Origin: Thermoanaerobaculia bacterium
Lineage (GTDB): Bacteria; Acidobacteriota; Thermoanaerobaculia; Gp7-AA8
Length of the DNA stretch: 64,000 nt
NCBI GenBank assembly: GCA_035276475.1
Contig: DATELQ010000048.1
Span: 87 to 64,086, forward strand
Reading direction: 5' to 3'
Shown: in pieces, positions 19,083 through 29,228 of the stretch
Numbering within the stretch: the stretch's first letter is position 1
How the letters are laid out: each line of letters begins with the position of its first letter
Translations under genes and position numbers: made by a program
Notes under the pieces: generated by a model
Told to the model about the DNA's origin: nothing
Seen by the model: the letters and a program-made list of their open reading frames with translations, nothing else
The model's database searches: none

Positions 19083-19755
<673 letters not shown>

Positions 19756-19781
19756 GGCGGCGGATCATAGAATGGCTGGGC

Positions 19782-20897
19782 ATGACTGACAATGCGGCCG
19801 AGCGGCGGCGCGAGTGGCGTCTCGCGGGCATCGTCTTCTTCAGCCTCCTCACCATCGTCATCCTCTGGGCCGCCGCGCGCATCATCTGGCCCTTCATCAG
19901 CGCCATCCTCATCGGCGCCATCCTCGTCACCCTCACCTTCCCGACCTACCGGCGCGTGTGTGACAAAGTCCGCGACCGCAAGCGCCTTGCCGCGATCCTC
20001 ATGCTCCTCGGCATCACCCTCGTCCTCATCCTTCCGTTCTTCGTCATCAGCATTCTCCTCGTGCAGCAGGCCAACGGCCTCATTCAGCACCTCCAGTCCG
20101 GCGAGGCGCAGGCCATCCTGGCGCGGCTCGATCCGTCGCAGCACCTCGCGTTCGTGCGGCGCTACGTCCCCGGCTTCGACCCCGCGAACCTCAGCCCTCA
20201 GCGCCTCGTCCTGCCGGTCGTGCGCGAGCTTCCCGGCTGGGTGGCGCGGCACGGTGGTGCGGTCATCGGCGGGCTGGCCGGGCTCCTCGTCGGCTTCTTC
20301 CTCGTGCTGCTCGCGATGTACTTCTTCTACGTCGAGGGCGAGGCCATCATCACCGAGCTCGCCATCCTCTCGCCGCTGCCGGAGCGCTACGACCGCGAAT
20401 TCGCCGCGCAATTCAAAGACGTGATCGATGCCACCTTCCGCGGACATGTGCTCACGGCGCTGGCGCAGGGCGTCGTCACCATGATCGGCCTCTTCATCGC
20501 GCAGGTGCCGGGCGCCCTCTTCTGGGGCTCCGTCGCCACCGTCATCTCCCTTCTGCCGATGGTCGGCGCCGCGGTCGTGTGGGTGCCGGCGTCGATCTAC
20601 CTCTATGTGAGTGCGGCGATGGGGAAGGAGCCGTACTGGCACGCCATCTTCCTGACCATCTGGGGCCTCGTCGTCGTCTCGCTCATCGACAACGTCATTC
20701 GCCCGTGGGCGATGAAAGGCAAGTCGCAGCTCCCCGCCATCCCGCTCCTTTTCGCAGTCCTGGGCGGGATGCAGGCCTTCGGCTTCGTCGGTCTCGTCAT
20801 CGGGCCCCTCGTCTTCTCGCTGCTCATGTCGATCATCGACATCTACAAGCGCTCCTTCCGCATCCCGCACCGCCGCGCCAACGACGCCGGCGCCTGA
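19782..20897 (+). CDS. AI-2E family (PerM-like) transporter
   Basis: About 8 TM helices and a layout typical of the AI-2E family (WPFISAILIGAILV ... ALAQGVV ... IPLLFAVLGGMQAFGFVGLVIGP). Confidence 0.8.
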   Translation: MTDNAAERRREWRLAGIVFFSLLTIVILWAAARIIWPFISAILIGAILVTLTFPTYRRVCDKVRDRKRLAAILMLLGITLVLILPFFVISILLVQQANGLIQHLQSGEAQAILARLDPSQHLAFVRRYVPGFDPANLSPQRLVLPVVRELPGWVARHGGAVIGGLAGLLVGFFLVLLAMYFFYVEGEAIITELAILSPLPERYDREFAAQFKDVIDATFRGHVLTALAQGVVTMIGLFIAQVPGALFWGSVATVISLLPMVGAAVVWVPASIYLYVSAAMGKEPYWHAIFLTIWGLVVVSLIDNVIRPWAMKGKSQLPAIPLLFAVLGGMQAFGFVGLVIGPLVFSLLMSIIDIYKRSFRIPHRRANDAGA

Positions 20898-21019
20898 ATC
20901 GGGCGTCTATATCCATCGGTATATAGACGGCAAGACATCGCTGCGCTACATTGACGGCGCTGTAAAGCAATTGGTCCCGCAACGCACACAAAATTAGGGT
21001 CTCTCTCTTACCGCCGTCG

Positions 21020-24000
21020 GTGGAGGACCGCATGCAGAGTCGTTTACGCTCCTGGTGTGTCTTTTTATTGTTTGGGTTGTTTCCAGCCGCGGCGTTTGCG
21101 GCGCCGGTACGCCTCTCCACGATCACCGTCGCTCCGGGCTCGGTGACCGGCGGCACGAGCGCGACCGGCACCGCCACGCTCACCGGCGCTGCGCCGCACA
21201 ACGGCGCCGTCGTCACGCTGTCGTCGTCGAACACCGGCGTCGCGACCGTTCCGGCGAGCATCACCATCCCGCAGGGCGCCACGTCGGGGACCTTCACGGT
21301 GACGACGTCCGCCGTCGCAACGTCGACCTCCGTCACCATCACCGGCAACTACGGCGTGACGGCGACCGGCAGCTTCAGCGTGGTGCCGCCGACGCTCTCC
21401 GCCTTCTCCGTCAACCCAACGACCGCGATGGCCGTCCTCGGCAGCTCGACCGGCACCGTCACGCTCAACGGCCCCGCGCCCGCGGGCGGTCAGGTCGTCA
21501 CGCTTTCGAGCAACAACGCCGCGGCGACGCTGCCGAGCTCCGTCACCGTGGCCGCCGGCGCGACGAGCGCGAACGTCGCCATCGCCACGCATGGCGTCTA
21601 CAGCTCGACCGACGTCACCCTGACCGCGACGCTCGCGGGCAACACGCGCCTGGCCACGCTCACCGTCACGCCGTGTGTCGCCCCGGGCGCGAGCGCACCA
21701 TCGTCGTTCCCCGCCACTGACGTCAACTGGATCGACGACTCGCTCCCTGCCGGCATGACCGCGACGGGGCTGACTTGGGACACCGCGCAGAAGGCCAGCG
21801 GCGCGCAGTCGGCCACTGCCGGCAACGCCGCGGGCTTCCACGAAGTTCTCTTCACCGGCGCAACCAGCACGCTCACCATCCATCCCTCCGAAGACATGGT
21901 CACGTACGTTCTCGTGAGCGCGTGCATCGCGCCGCGCGAGATCGTGCTCGGCTGGCACACCGCCGGCGGCTCGTGGGTCAAGGCCTACTACGGCCAGTCC
22001 CTCATCGGCGGCGAAGGGAGCATGGTCTCCCTAGGCGCCGTCCCCGCGGGCGGGCAGTGGCTGCGCGTCGCCGTTCCGGCGTCGCAGCTCGGCATCGTCG
22101 GCGCGAGCGTCGACGGCTTCGACGTCCAGGCCTACGACGGCCAGCTCTGGGTCGACCGCGTCGGCAAGAGCTGCGTCCAGCCGCTGGCCACCCCCGGCGT
22201 CACGTCGAGCGACACCCTTTGGATCGACGACGTCCTTCCTGGCGGCGCCACGCTCACCGCCGGCGCGTGGGACACGAACCAGCACGCTTCCGGCACGAAG
22301 TCGATCTCGACCGGCGCGATCGCGCCGGGGCTCCACTCCATCGCCGTTGAAGATGCCACGACGACGCAGCCGGTTTACGTCGGCGAGAAGCTCGTCTTCT
22401 ACGTCCTCCTCGACATGTGCAGTCCGCCGACCGAAATGCTCGTCCGCTGGAAAAACACCTGGGGCGAGACGCGCGGCATGTATTGGGGCACCTCGCACAA
22501 CATCGGCCTCGAGGACACGAACTTCCCGCGCATCGGCGCCATGCCGTCGTCGGGGAGCTGGATTCGGATGGAAGTGCCGGCCGCGCAGTTCTACTTCGAA
22601 GACCGCTACGTGACGAGCTTCTACGTCGACACGTGGGACGGCCGCGCATGGTTCGACGGCATCGGCAAAGGCGGCGTCGGCTGCGCCACGGCCGTGGCCG
22701 CGGCGCCGAGCATCCCGCCGGGCGACACGGTGTGGATTGACGATGGGCCGCCCGCCGGCGCGAACGTTCTCGGGCACTTCGACCCGGTGCAGCACGCCAG
22801 CGGCGCCTCGTCGTTCCATATTCAATACAACGGTCCGACGACCGACCAGACCGGCTCGATTACGGGCGCGACGGCGACATTGCCGCTCGCCTTCAACGAG
22901 AACCTCGTCGCCTATGTGCTGATCAACTCCTGCGCCGCGCCGACCGAGCTCGCCCTCAAGTGGCACACGACGTCGGGCCAGACGCGCGGCGTCTACTGGG
23001 GCACGCCGCACGGCTGGGGCGAAGGAACGACGCTGACGTCGCTCGGCGCCATGCCGGCCGCCGACGTCTGGCAGCGCATCGAGGTGCCGGCCGCGCAGCT
23101 CGCGCTCGCGCAGCGGACGATCGACGGCATTTACATGGAGACGTTCGGCGGCGAAGTGTGGCTCGACCACGTCGGCAAGAACGGCACGCCGTGCTATGTC
23201 GCCACCGCCGCGCCCCCGTCGATTCCGTCGGGCGACGTGCTCTGGATCGAAGACGCGCTTCCCGCCGGCGCGACGTCGAACGCGACGTTCGACACGGCGC
23301 AGAAGGCGTCAGGCAGTCAATCGATGACGCTGACGTCGTACAACTCCGGCGATCATCAGCTGCAGGTCTCCAACGCGTCGACGCGGCTCTCCGTCGGCGC
23401 GGGCGACACGCTCGTCGCCTACGTTCTGCTGAACGAATGCGCGCCGCCGACGGAGCTCCTCCTGACGTGGCGCACGACCACGGGCTCGACCGCCGGCGCC
23501 TACTGGGGCACGCCGCACGGCCTCGGCGAAGGAACGTCGTACTTCTCGATGGGCTCCCTCCCGGCCGTCGGCACCTGGACGCGTCTCGAAGTCTCCGCGC
23601 GCCAGCTCGGCATCGAAGGACAGCTCGTCAACTCCATGACCTTTGAGAACTACGACGGCCAGGCGTGGTGGGACCACGTCGGCAAGGTTGCGTGCGCGAT
23701 GCCGCGCGCGGCCGCGCCGTCGATTCCGCCGGGCGACACGCTGTGGGTCGACGACGGCATGAACGTCGGCGGTGGCCTCAGCGGCTGCACGTTCGACAGC
23801 TCGCAGGCGGCGAGCGGCACCTACTCGTTCACGGACTCGTGGGCGATGGGGACGCACACGCTGGGGGTGACGGGCATCAACACGCCGATCACGTTCGGCG
23901 AGACGGTCGCGTTCTACGCGCTGCTCGACACCTGCTCGGCGCCGACCGAAGTGCGCCTGCAGGTCAACAGCGACCGCGGGGAAGTCGGCATCGCGTACTG

Positions 24001-26158
24001 GGGCACGCCGCACAATGAGCCGGTCGGCGCCATCAACATGGGTCCGCTCGGTCCGGCCGGCACGTGGCAGCGGCTCGAGGTCTCGGCCGCGGCGCTCAAG
24101 ATCGAATCGCGCAACGTGACGCAGGTGCAGATCCTCTACGTCGACGGCCACGCCTTCTTCGATCACCTCGGCAAGGGCGGCACGGCCTGCCCGGCGCCGA
24201 CGCCCTCCGCGGTGACGTTCCCGTCGAGCGACGTCGTCTGGGTCGACGACAGCGCGCCCGATCTCAACAGCTTCCAGTGGGACACGGCGCAGTTCGCGAG
24301 CGGCTATCGCTCCATCAGCACCTACTTCCGCTACGGCAACGCGCGCCAGAGCTTCAACCTCGGCCAGATGAATCAGCCGGTCTACGTCGGCGACTCGCTC
24401 GTCTTCTATGCGCTCCTCGACGCGTGCGCTCCGCCGACGCAGGTGAGCATCAGCGGCTGGGACAACACCGGCACGTACTTCCAGGCCTTCTGGGGTGCGC
24501 CGCTCGGCGACGAGCCCGCCGGCGCGATCAGCATGGGCGCGCTCCCGGCTGCCGGACAGTGGCAGCGGCTCGAAGTGCCGTTCTCGACCTTCCGCATCGA
24601 AGAGCACATCGTCGGACCGCTGGCGGTGAGCTACGTCGGCGGCCACGCCTGGCTCGACCGCATCGGCCGCAACGGACTCGGATGCGTGCCGCCGCACGCG
24701 GCAGCGCCGACGATTCCGTCGACGGACGTGGTCTGGGTCGACGACGACAATCCGCCGAGCGGCAGCTACTGGACCTGGGATACCTCGCAGGCGGCGAGCG
24801 GCACGAAGTCGTTCACGCTGCCGTATCAGTACGAAGGGCGCCACGACTTCAACATCGGCGTGAACGGCTCGCAGCCGGTGTACGTCGGCGACTCGCTCGT
24901 CTTCTATGCGCTCATCGATCCGTGTGCGCCGCCGACGCAGATCAGCGTAGCCGGTTGGGACAACACCGGCAGACTGTCGATGTCGTACTGGGGCACCGCG
25001 AACGGCGACGAGGCTGCGGGCGCGATCAACATGGGACCGCTCCCCGCAGCCGGTGTGTGGCAACGCTTCGAAGTGCCGCTCTCGCTGTGGCGGATCGAAG
25101 AGCACCTCCTCGGCACGCTGACGCTCAGCAACGTCAACGGCCACGTCTGGTACGACCATATTGGCCGCAACGGCGCCGGATGCGTGCCTGCGCGCGCGGC
25201 AGCGCCGGCGATTCCATCGACCGACGTAGTGTGGGTCGACGACGACAACCCGCCGAGCGGCAGCTACTGGACCTGGGATACGTCGCAAGCGGCCAGCGGC
25301 ACGAAGTCATTCACGCTGCCGTACCAGTACGAGGGGCGTCACGACTTCAACATCGGCGTGAATGGCTCGCAGCCCGTGTACGTCGGCGACTCGCTGGTCT
25401 TCTACGCCTTGATCGATTCGTGTGCGCCGCCGACGCAGATCAGTGTCGGCGGTTGGGACAACACCGGCCGGTTCTCGATGTCGTACTGGGGCACGGCGAA
25501 CGGCGACGAGGCCCCCGGCGCGATCAACATGGGCCCGCTCCCCGCAGCCGGTGTTTGGGTTCGCTTCGAAGTGCCGATGTCGTCGTGGCGGATCGAAGGA
25601 CACCTCCTCGGCACGCTGACGCTCAGCAACGTCAACGGCCACGTCTGGTACGACCATATCGGCCGCAACGGAGCCGGGTGCGTTCCGCCGCAGGCGGCAG
25701 CGCCGACGATGCCGTCGACCGACGTCGTCTGGTTCGACGACGGTACGACCGGCGACTGGATGCTCGACACCTCGCAGGCAGCGAGCGGCACGACGTCGTT
25801 CACGCGGCCCTACCAGTACGAAGGACGCCACGAGTTCAACTTCGGCCAGATCGCCCAGCCGATCGCCGCCGGCGAGAAGCTCGTGTTCTACGTGCTGGTC
25901 GATCCGTGCGCACCCCCGACGCAGATCAACATCGCCGGCTGGTCGAGCGGACGCCTCGTCTCCGCCTATTGGGGCACCGCGAACGGCGACGAGGCCGATG
26001 GCGCGATCAATGTCGGCTCCGTCCCCGCCGCCGGCTCGTGGCAGCGTTTGGAAGTCCCGGCCGCAACGCTCGGCATCGAAGGCGCGCAGCTCGACACGCT
26101 GGTGCTTTCGAATGTGGGCGGGCACGCCTGGTACGATCACATCGGGAAATCGCAGTAG
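21020..26158 (+). CDS. Giant secreted repeat protein: two Ig-like Thr/Ala-rich modules plus nine ~166-aa repeats of unrecognised type
   Basis: Signal peptide (WCVFLLFGLFPAAAFA). Repeat consensus: W[IV]DD..P.G....WDT.Q.ASG..S ... LV.YVL...CAPPTE ... YWGT ... G.LP..G.W.R.EVP ... W.DH.GK...C. Confidence 0.85.
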   Translation: MEDRMQSRLRSWCVFLLFGLFPAAAFAAPVRLSTITVAPGSVTGGTSATGTATLTGAAPHNGAVVTLSSSNTGVATVPASITIPQGATSGTFTVTTSAVATSTSVTITGNYGVTATGSFSVVPPTLSAFSVNPTTAMAVLGSSTGTVTLNGPAPAGGQVVTLSSNNAAATLPSSVTVAAGATSANVAIATHGVYSSTDVTLTATLAGNTRLATLTVTPCVAPGASAPSSFPATDVNWIDDSLPAGMTATGLTWDTAQKASGAQSATAGNAAGFHEVLFTGATSTLTIHPSEDMVTYVLVSACIAPREIVLGWHTAGGSWVKAYYGQSLIGGEGSMVSLGAVPAGGQWLRVAVPASQLGIVGASVDGFDVQAYDGQLWVDRVGKSCVQPLATPGVTSSDTLWIDDVLPGGATLTAGAWDTNQHASGTKSISTGAIAPGLHSIAVEDATTTQPVYVGEKLVFYVLLDMCSPPTEMLVRWKNTWGETRGMYWGTSHNIGLEDTNFPRIGAMPSSGSWIRMEVPAAQFYFEDRYVTSFYVDTWDGRAWFDGIGKGGVGCATAVAAAPSIPPGDTVWIDDGPPAGANVLGHFDPVQHASGASSFHIQYNGPTTDQTGSITGATATLPLAFNENLVAYVLINSCAAPTELALKWHTTSGQTRGVYWGTPHGWGEGTTLTSLGAMPAADVWQRIEVPAAQLALAQRTIDGIYMETFGGEVWLDHVGKNGTPCYVATAAPPSIPSGDVLWIEDALPAGATSNATFDTAQKASGSQSMTLTSYNSGDHQLQVSNASTRLSVGAGDTLVAYVLLNECAPPTELLLTWRTTTGSTAGAYWGTPHGLGEGTSYFSMGSLPAVGTWTRLEVSARQLGIEGQLVNSMTFENYDGQAWWDHVGKVACAMPRAAAPSIPPGDTLWVDDGMNVGGGLSGCTFDSSQAASGTYSFTDSWAMGTHTLGVTGINTPITFGETVAFYALLDTCSAPTEVRLQVNSDRGEVGIAYWGTPHNEPVGAINMGPLGPAGTWQRLEVSAAALKIESRNVTQVQILYVDGHAFFDHLGKGGTACPAPTPSAVTFPSSDVVWVDDSAPDLNSFQWDTAQFASGYRSISTYFRYGNARQSFNLGQMNQPVYVGDSLVFYALLDACAPPTQVSISGWDNTGTYFQAFWGAPLGDEPAGAISMGALPAAGQWQRLEVPFSTFRIEEHIVGPLAVSYVGGHAWLDRIGRNGLGCVPPHAAAPTIPSTDVVWVDDDNPPSGSYWTWDTSQAASGTKSFTLPYQYEGRHDFNIGVNGSQPVYVGDSLVFYALIDPCAPPTQISVAGWDNTGRLSMSYWGTANGDEAAGAINMGPLPAAGVWQRFEVPLSLWRIEEHLLGTLTLSNVNGHVWYDHIGRNGAGCVPARAAAPAIPSTDVVWVDDDNPPSGSYWTWDTSQAASGTKSFTLPYQYEGRHDFNIGVNGSQPVYVGDSLVFYALIDSCAPPTQISVGGWDNTGRFSMSYWGTANGDEAPGAINMGPLPAAGVWVRFEVPMSSWRIEGHLLGTLTLSNVNGHVWYDHIGRNGAGCVPPQAAAPTMPSTDVVWFDDGTTGDWMLDTSQAASGTTSFTRPYQYEGRHEFNFGQIAQPIAAGEKLVFYVLVDPCAPPTQINIAGWSSGRLVSAYWGTANGDEADGAINVGSVPAAGSWQRLEVPAATLGIEGAQLDTLVLSNVGGHAWYDHIGKSQ
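24698..25693 (+). repeat. Near-identical tandem duplication (2 x 498 nt) inside the giant gene
   Basis: Units 24698..25195 and 25196..25693 encode 166-aa repeats that differ at 11 positions by my count. Other units of the same protein are far more diverged. Confidence 0.75.
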
Positions 26159-26167
26159 CCGCAATTT

Positions 26168-26200
26168 CAGGGAGCGCCGGCCGCGGGCCGGCGCTCCCTG
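26168..26200 (+). terminator. Strong GC hairpin downstream of the giant gene
   Basis: CAGGGAGCGCCGGCC gcg GGCCGGCGCTCCCTG (15-bp perfect stem), 10 nt after the stop codon. No T-tract, which is common in high-GC genomes. Confidence 0.55.
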
Positions 26201-26495
26201 GGAGGCCAAAACGGGGTGAAAACAATCATTTCCGTCACTCCTACGTATAGAACGTCCGCCTTCAGCAACGGACGTTCGCCCCGAAGTGACAGTTGGGCGT
26301 GACTTCCTGCCAGGAGGGACGTAGATTTGAGATCGATTCGGCTCCCCCACCCGATCCGTGGTGCTGTTTCGAATCAACCACATGTCTCGTCAAACCAGGC
26401 AGTAAGGCCGGAGGCAGACAGGTCAGGAACGGATGAGAACGTGAGGTTCGGGGCCCTGGCCCCAGCTTTGAACCGAACGGTCTCGGGAGAATGGC

Positions 26496-26762
26496 ATGGC
26501 GATCTTGGACTTCATCGAGCGGCTGATCAACGCCGTCTACTCCACTCCCAATCCGCAAGTCGGCACGTATTTCCGCGACCTCCGCGTCGTGCCGAAGCCG
26601 CAGGCGCCGGACGACGACGACTCCATGTACCATCACGAGCCGGAGACGAACGACGACAAGCTGCTGCTCGCCGCCACGGCGATTCCGGCGGCGACGGCGA
26701 AGGCACCGCGGTTGTCGGCGCGCGACTCGGAACCGGTGTCTGCGGCGATGGGCAGACGTTAG
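26496..26762 (+). CDS. Small acidic hypothetical protein
   Basis: GGGAGA Shine-Dalgarno-like sequence upstream. Third-codon positions are overwhelmingly G/C, which argues for coding. No recognisable domain. Confidence 0.5.
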   Translation: MAILDFIERLINAVYSTPNPQVGTYFRDLRVVPKPQAPDDDDSMYHHEPETNDDKLLLAATAIPAATAKAPRLSARDSEPVSAAMGRR

Positions 26763-26791
26763 ACCGCCGCGAGATTGGTGGAGGCCGATAA

Positions 26792-27982
26792 ATGGAGGTC
26801 GGCCTTCACTTCATCGGCTACATTCTCGCGTTCTTCTTCGCCTTCCTCTATTTCCCGTACCTCGCCTTCAAGACGGGTGCGGAGTACACGGTCGACCTCG
26901 GGCGGCGGCGCGACAGCGGTGAGATCGCGCAGTTCTTCGCCGCGGTGATCCCGTCGTCGATCCTGAATCTGCTCACCGTCTTCTGGGCATGGTTCGGACG
27001 CGCCGTCGGCGCCTGCCGCTGGGATGCGTCGCTCGATTACTCCGTCGTGGCGGCGACGATCTCCGAACGGAAAGAAGAGATTCAGAAGTTCATCGTGGAC
27101 GGGACGCGCCGCCCGCTGTTGCTGACGTATCTCGCCGTTCTCATGATCGTGTCGCTGCTGAGCGGCCTCTGTTACGGCTATGCCTTCAAGCGCGTGACCG
27201 AGCGGCCGTTGCTTCGCGACCGCATCCCCCTCCGCGACGGCAGTTACAAAGGTCTGCGCAAGCTCCTGCACGTCATCGTCTGGATCTTTCGTATCGTGCT
27301 GTGGCTGATGCTCGAGACCGTGGCGCTCTTCTCGTATTTCCTCTGGCATCCGCTCTTTCACGAGGAGGTCATTGCCCTTTTTCCGTGGTCGGTGCAGAAG
27401 CCGTGGCTGTTCGTGCGGATGCACAACGATCGTTTGTATTACGGGTGCTTCGTTCGTTACGACAAGTCGTCGACCGGTGACATCGAGAGCATCACCATCG
27501 GCGAGGTTCGTCGTTACTGCTACAACGAGGTCGACAAGTGTCTCGCCGATGGACGGCTGCCGCTCTCGTCGTTTCAGGGAAATCTGCGCATCAACACGAA
27601 TGAGATCGCCGACATCCACAATGTGCCGAAAGACCATTTCGTTCACATTCAAGAGCGCTACCGGCGGGAGATGATCCGGCGGCTCGCGCGCGAGCTGCTG
27701 ACCGCCTTCGCCGGCCGAAAACAGATCCGGGTTGACGACATCTACGTCGAGCACGCCGGTGTCAACGAGCTCTCCCGCCACCGTTATCGGCTGGCGCTCC
27801 GCAAGCTGGAAGAGCTGAAGTTCATCCGAATCTACCCTCCGACGCTCGGTTTGGAAGGCGCGAACGTGCCGGACGACGCGGCACTCGTCGATTTCCCGCC
27901 GCGCGTGCCGAGCGTGCTGAAAACGTCGTGGCCGATTCCAGGCGACGACCTGCTGCCGTCCGGGATCTCACCGCAGCCTTAA
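26792..27982 (+). CDS. Hypothetical membrane protein (about 4 TM helices plus a ~200-aa cytoplasmic domain)
   Basis: GGAGG upstream. TM helices (FIGYILAFFFAFLYFPYLAF, LLLTYLAVLMIVSLLSGLCYGYAF, VIVWIFRIVLWLMLETVALFSYFLW). C-terminal soluble region has no motif I recognise. Confidence 0.65.
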   Translation: MEVGLHFIGYILAFFFAFLYFPYLAFKTGAEYTVDLGRRRDSGEIAQFFAAVIPSSILNLLTVFWAWFGRAVGACRWDASLDYSVVAATISERKEEIQKFIVDGTRRPLLLTYLAVLMIVSLLSGLCYGYAFKRVTERPLLRDRIPLRDGSYKGLRKLLHVIVWIFRIVLWLMLETVALFSYFLWHPLFHEEVIALFPWSVQKPWLFVRMHNDRLYYGCFVRYDKSSTGDIESITIGEVRRYCYNEVDKCLADGRLPLSSFQGNLRINTNEIADIHNVPKDHFVHIQERYRREMIRRLARELLTAFAGRKQIRVDDIYVEHAGVNELSRHRYRLALRKLEELKFIRIYPPTLGLEGANVPDDAALVDFPPRVPSVLKTSWPIPGDDLLPSGISPQP

Positions 27983-28133
27983 AGCACCCCCCGCCTGTAA
28001 CAACTGAAACGAAATCCCCCTCCACCGTCACTAATCGGCTAACACAACTGCCCCATTTACCGTCCAAGGTGTGAAAAAAGGGGAAGCCGAGCCGATACTT
28101 TAGGGTTAAACCGGCGTCCAACCGAAAACGATC

Positions 28134-29228
28134 ATGCGTGCTACGACTGCTGCCGCACTCGTCCTCCTCACGAGCGGATGCTTTTTCGGCTACCGAGAGG
28201 TGCCGAAGGCGTCGCAGACCCACCACGGGACCTTTGTCGACGATATGGTCCTGACCGGCGAGCTCAACGCTGCGTCCGGCTCCACCATCGCCATGCCTCG
28301 GCTGCCGCAGTGGCAGACCTCCATCAAATGGATCGCCACTGACGGCGTGCAGGTCAAGGAAGGCGACCCCGTCGTCGAGCTCGACAACGGGCCGTTCTCC
28401 AGCAACCTCGACGCGAAGAAGCAGGCCGTCGTGCAGGCCGAGCAGCAGCTTGCGCAGAAGCAGGCGCAATGGTCGGCCGACATCGCCCAGAAAGAGATCG
28501 AGGCGGAGCGGAAGCGCGTCGACCTCGACAAGGCCAAGCTCGACGCCGCCGTGCCAAAAGAAGTGCTGTCGCTGCGCGAGTATGAGGACCGGCAGACGAA
28601 GTTCAAGCGCGCCACCGTTGAATACGACAAAGCGCGCGACCTTCTCCGATCGCAAAAGGCCGGCGTCCAGGCCGATGCCGCGAACGAGCAGGTCGCCCTC
28701 GATCGCGCCCGCCGCGAGCTGCAGGAAGCCGAGGACGCCATCGTCTCGCTCACCCTGCGCGCGCCGCGGGGCGGCCTCGTCGTCATCAAGGACCATCCGT
28801 GGGAAGGGCGCAAGTTCCAGGTCGGCGATCCGGCGTGGGTCGGCTTTCCGCTCGCCGCCATCCCTGAGCCGTCGTCGCTCCGCGTTGAAGCGGCCCTCGC
28901 CGACGTCGACGATGGCCGCGTCCGCGTCGGCATGCCTGCGAGCGTCATCCTCGACGCCTATCCCTCCACCACCTACACCGGCCGCGTGACCGAGATCTCC
29001 GCCGTCGCGCAGGAGAGCGCGCGCGCCTCCATGCGCCGCGCCTTCCGTGTCATCGTCGCCCTCGACAAAATCGAGCCGGGGCGCATGCGGCCCGGTCTCT
29101 CCGCGCGGGTCATGATCCGTCGTGACCAGCGTCCGAACGCGACGCTCATCTCGCGCGCCGACATCGTCGGGCGCAAAGACCTGAAGCTCGGCCCCTGCAA
29201 CGCCCAGGACTGCGTGGTGCTGCCATGA
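28134..29228 (+). CDS. HlyD/MFP-family periplasmic adaptor, lipoprotein (paralogue 1)
   Basis: Lipobox LLTSGC. Lipoyl-like half (VKEGDPVVELD), long coiled-coil hairpin, then LRAPRGGLVV and a beta-barrel region. Confidence 0.8.
   Translation: MRATTAAALVLLTSGCFFGYREVPKASQTHHGTFVDDMVLTGELNAASGSTIAMPRLPQWQTSIKWIATDGVQVKEGDPVVELDNGPFSSNLDAKKQAVVQAEQQLAQKQAQWSADIAQKEIEAERKRVDLDKAKLDAAVPKEVLSLREYEDRQTKFKRATVEYDKARDLLRSQKAGVQADAANEQVALDRARRELQEAEDAIVSLTLRAPRGGLVVIKDHPWEGRKFQVGDPAWVGFPLAAIPEPSSLRVEAALADVDDGRVRVGMPASVILDAYPSTTYTGRVTEISAVAQESARASMRRAFRVIVALDKIEPGRMRPGLSARVMIRRDQRPNATLISRADIVGRKDLKLGPCNAQDCVVLP

Noticed and set aside
20905-20932. AT-rich inverted repeat CGTCTATAT..ATATAGACG after the AI-2E transporter gene
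   Set aside because: It is a short (9-bp) stem and plausibly just a terminator hairpin. Nothing further supports a regulatory role.
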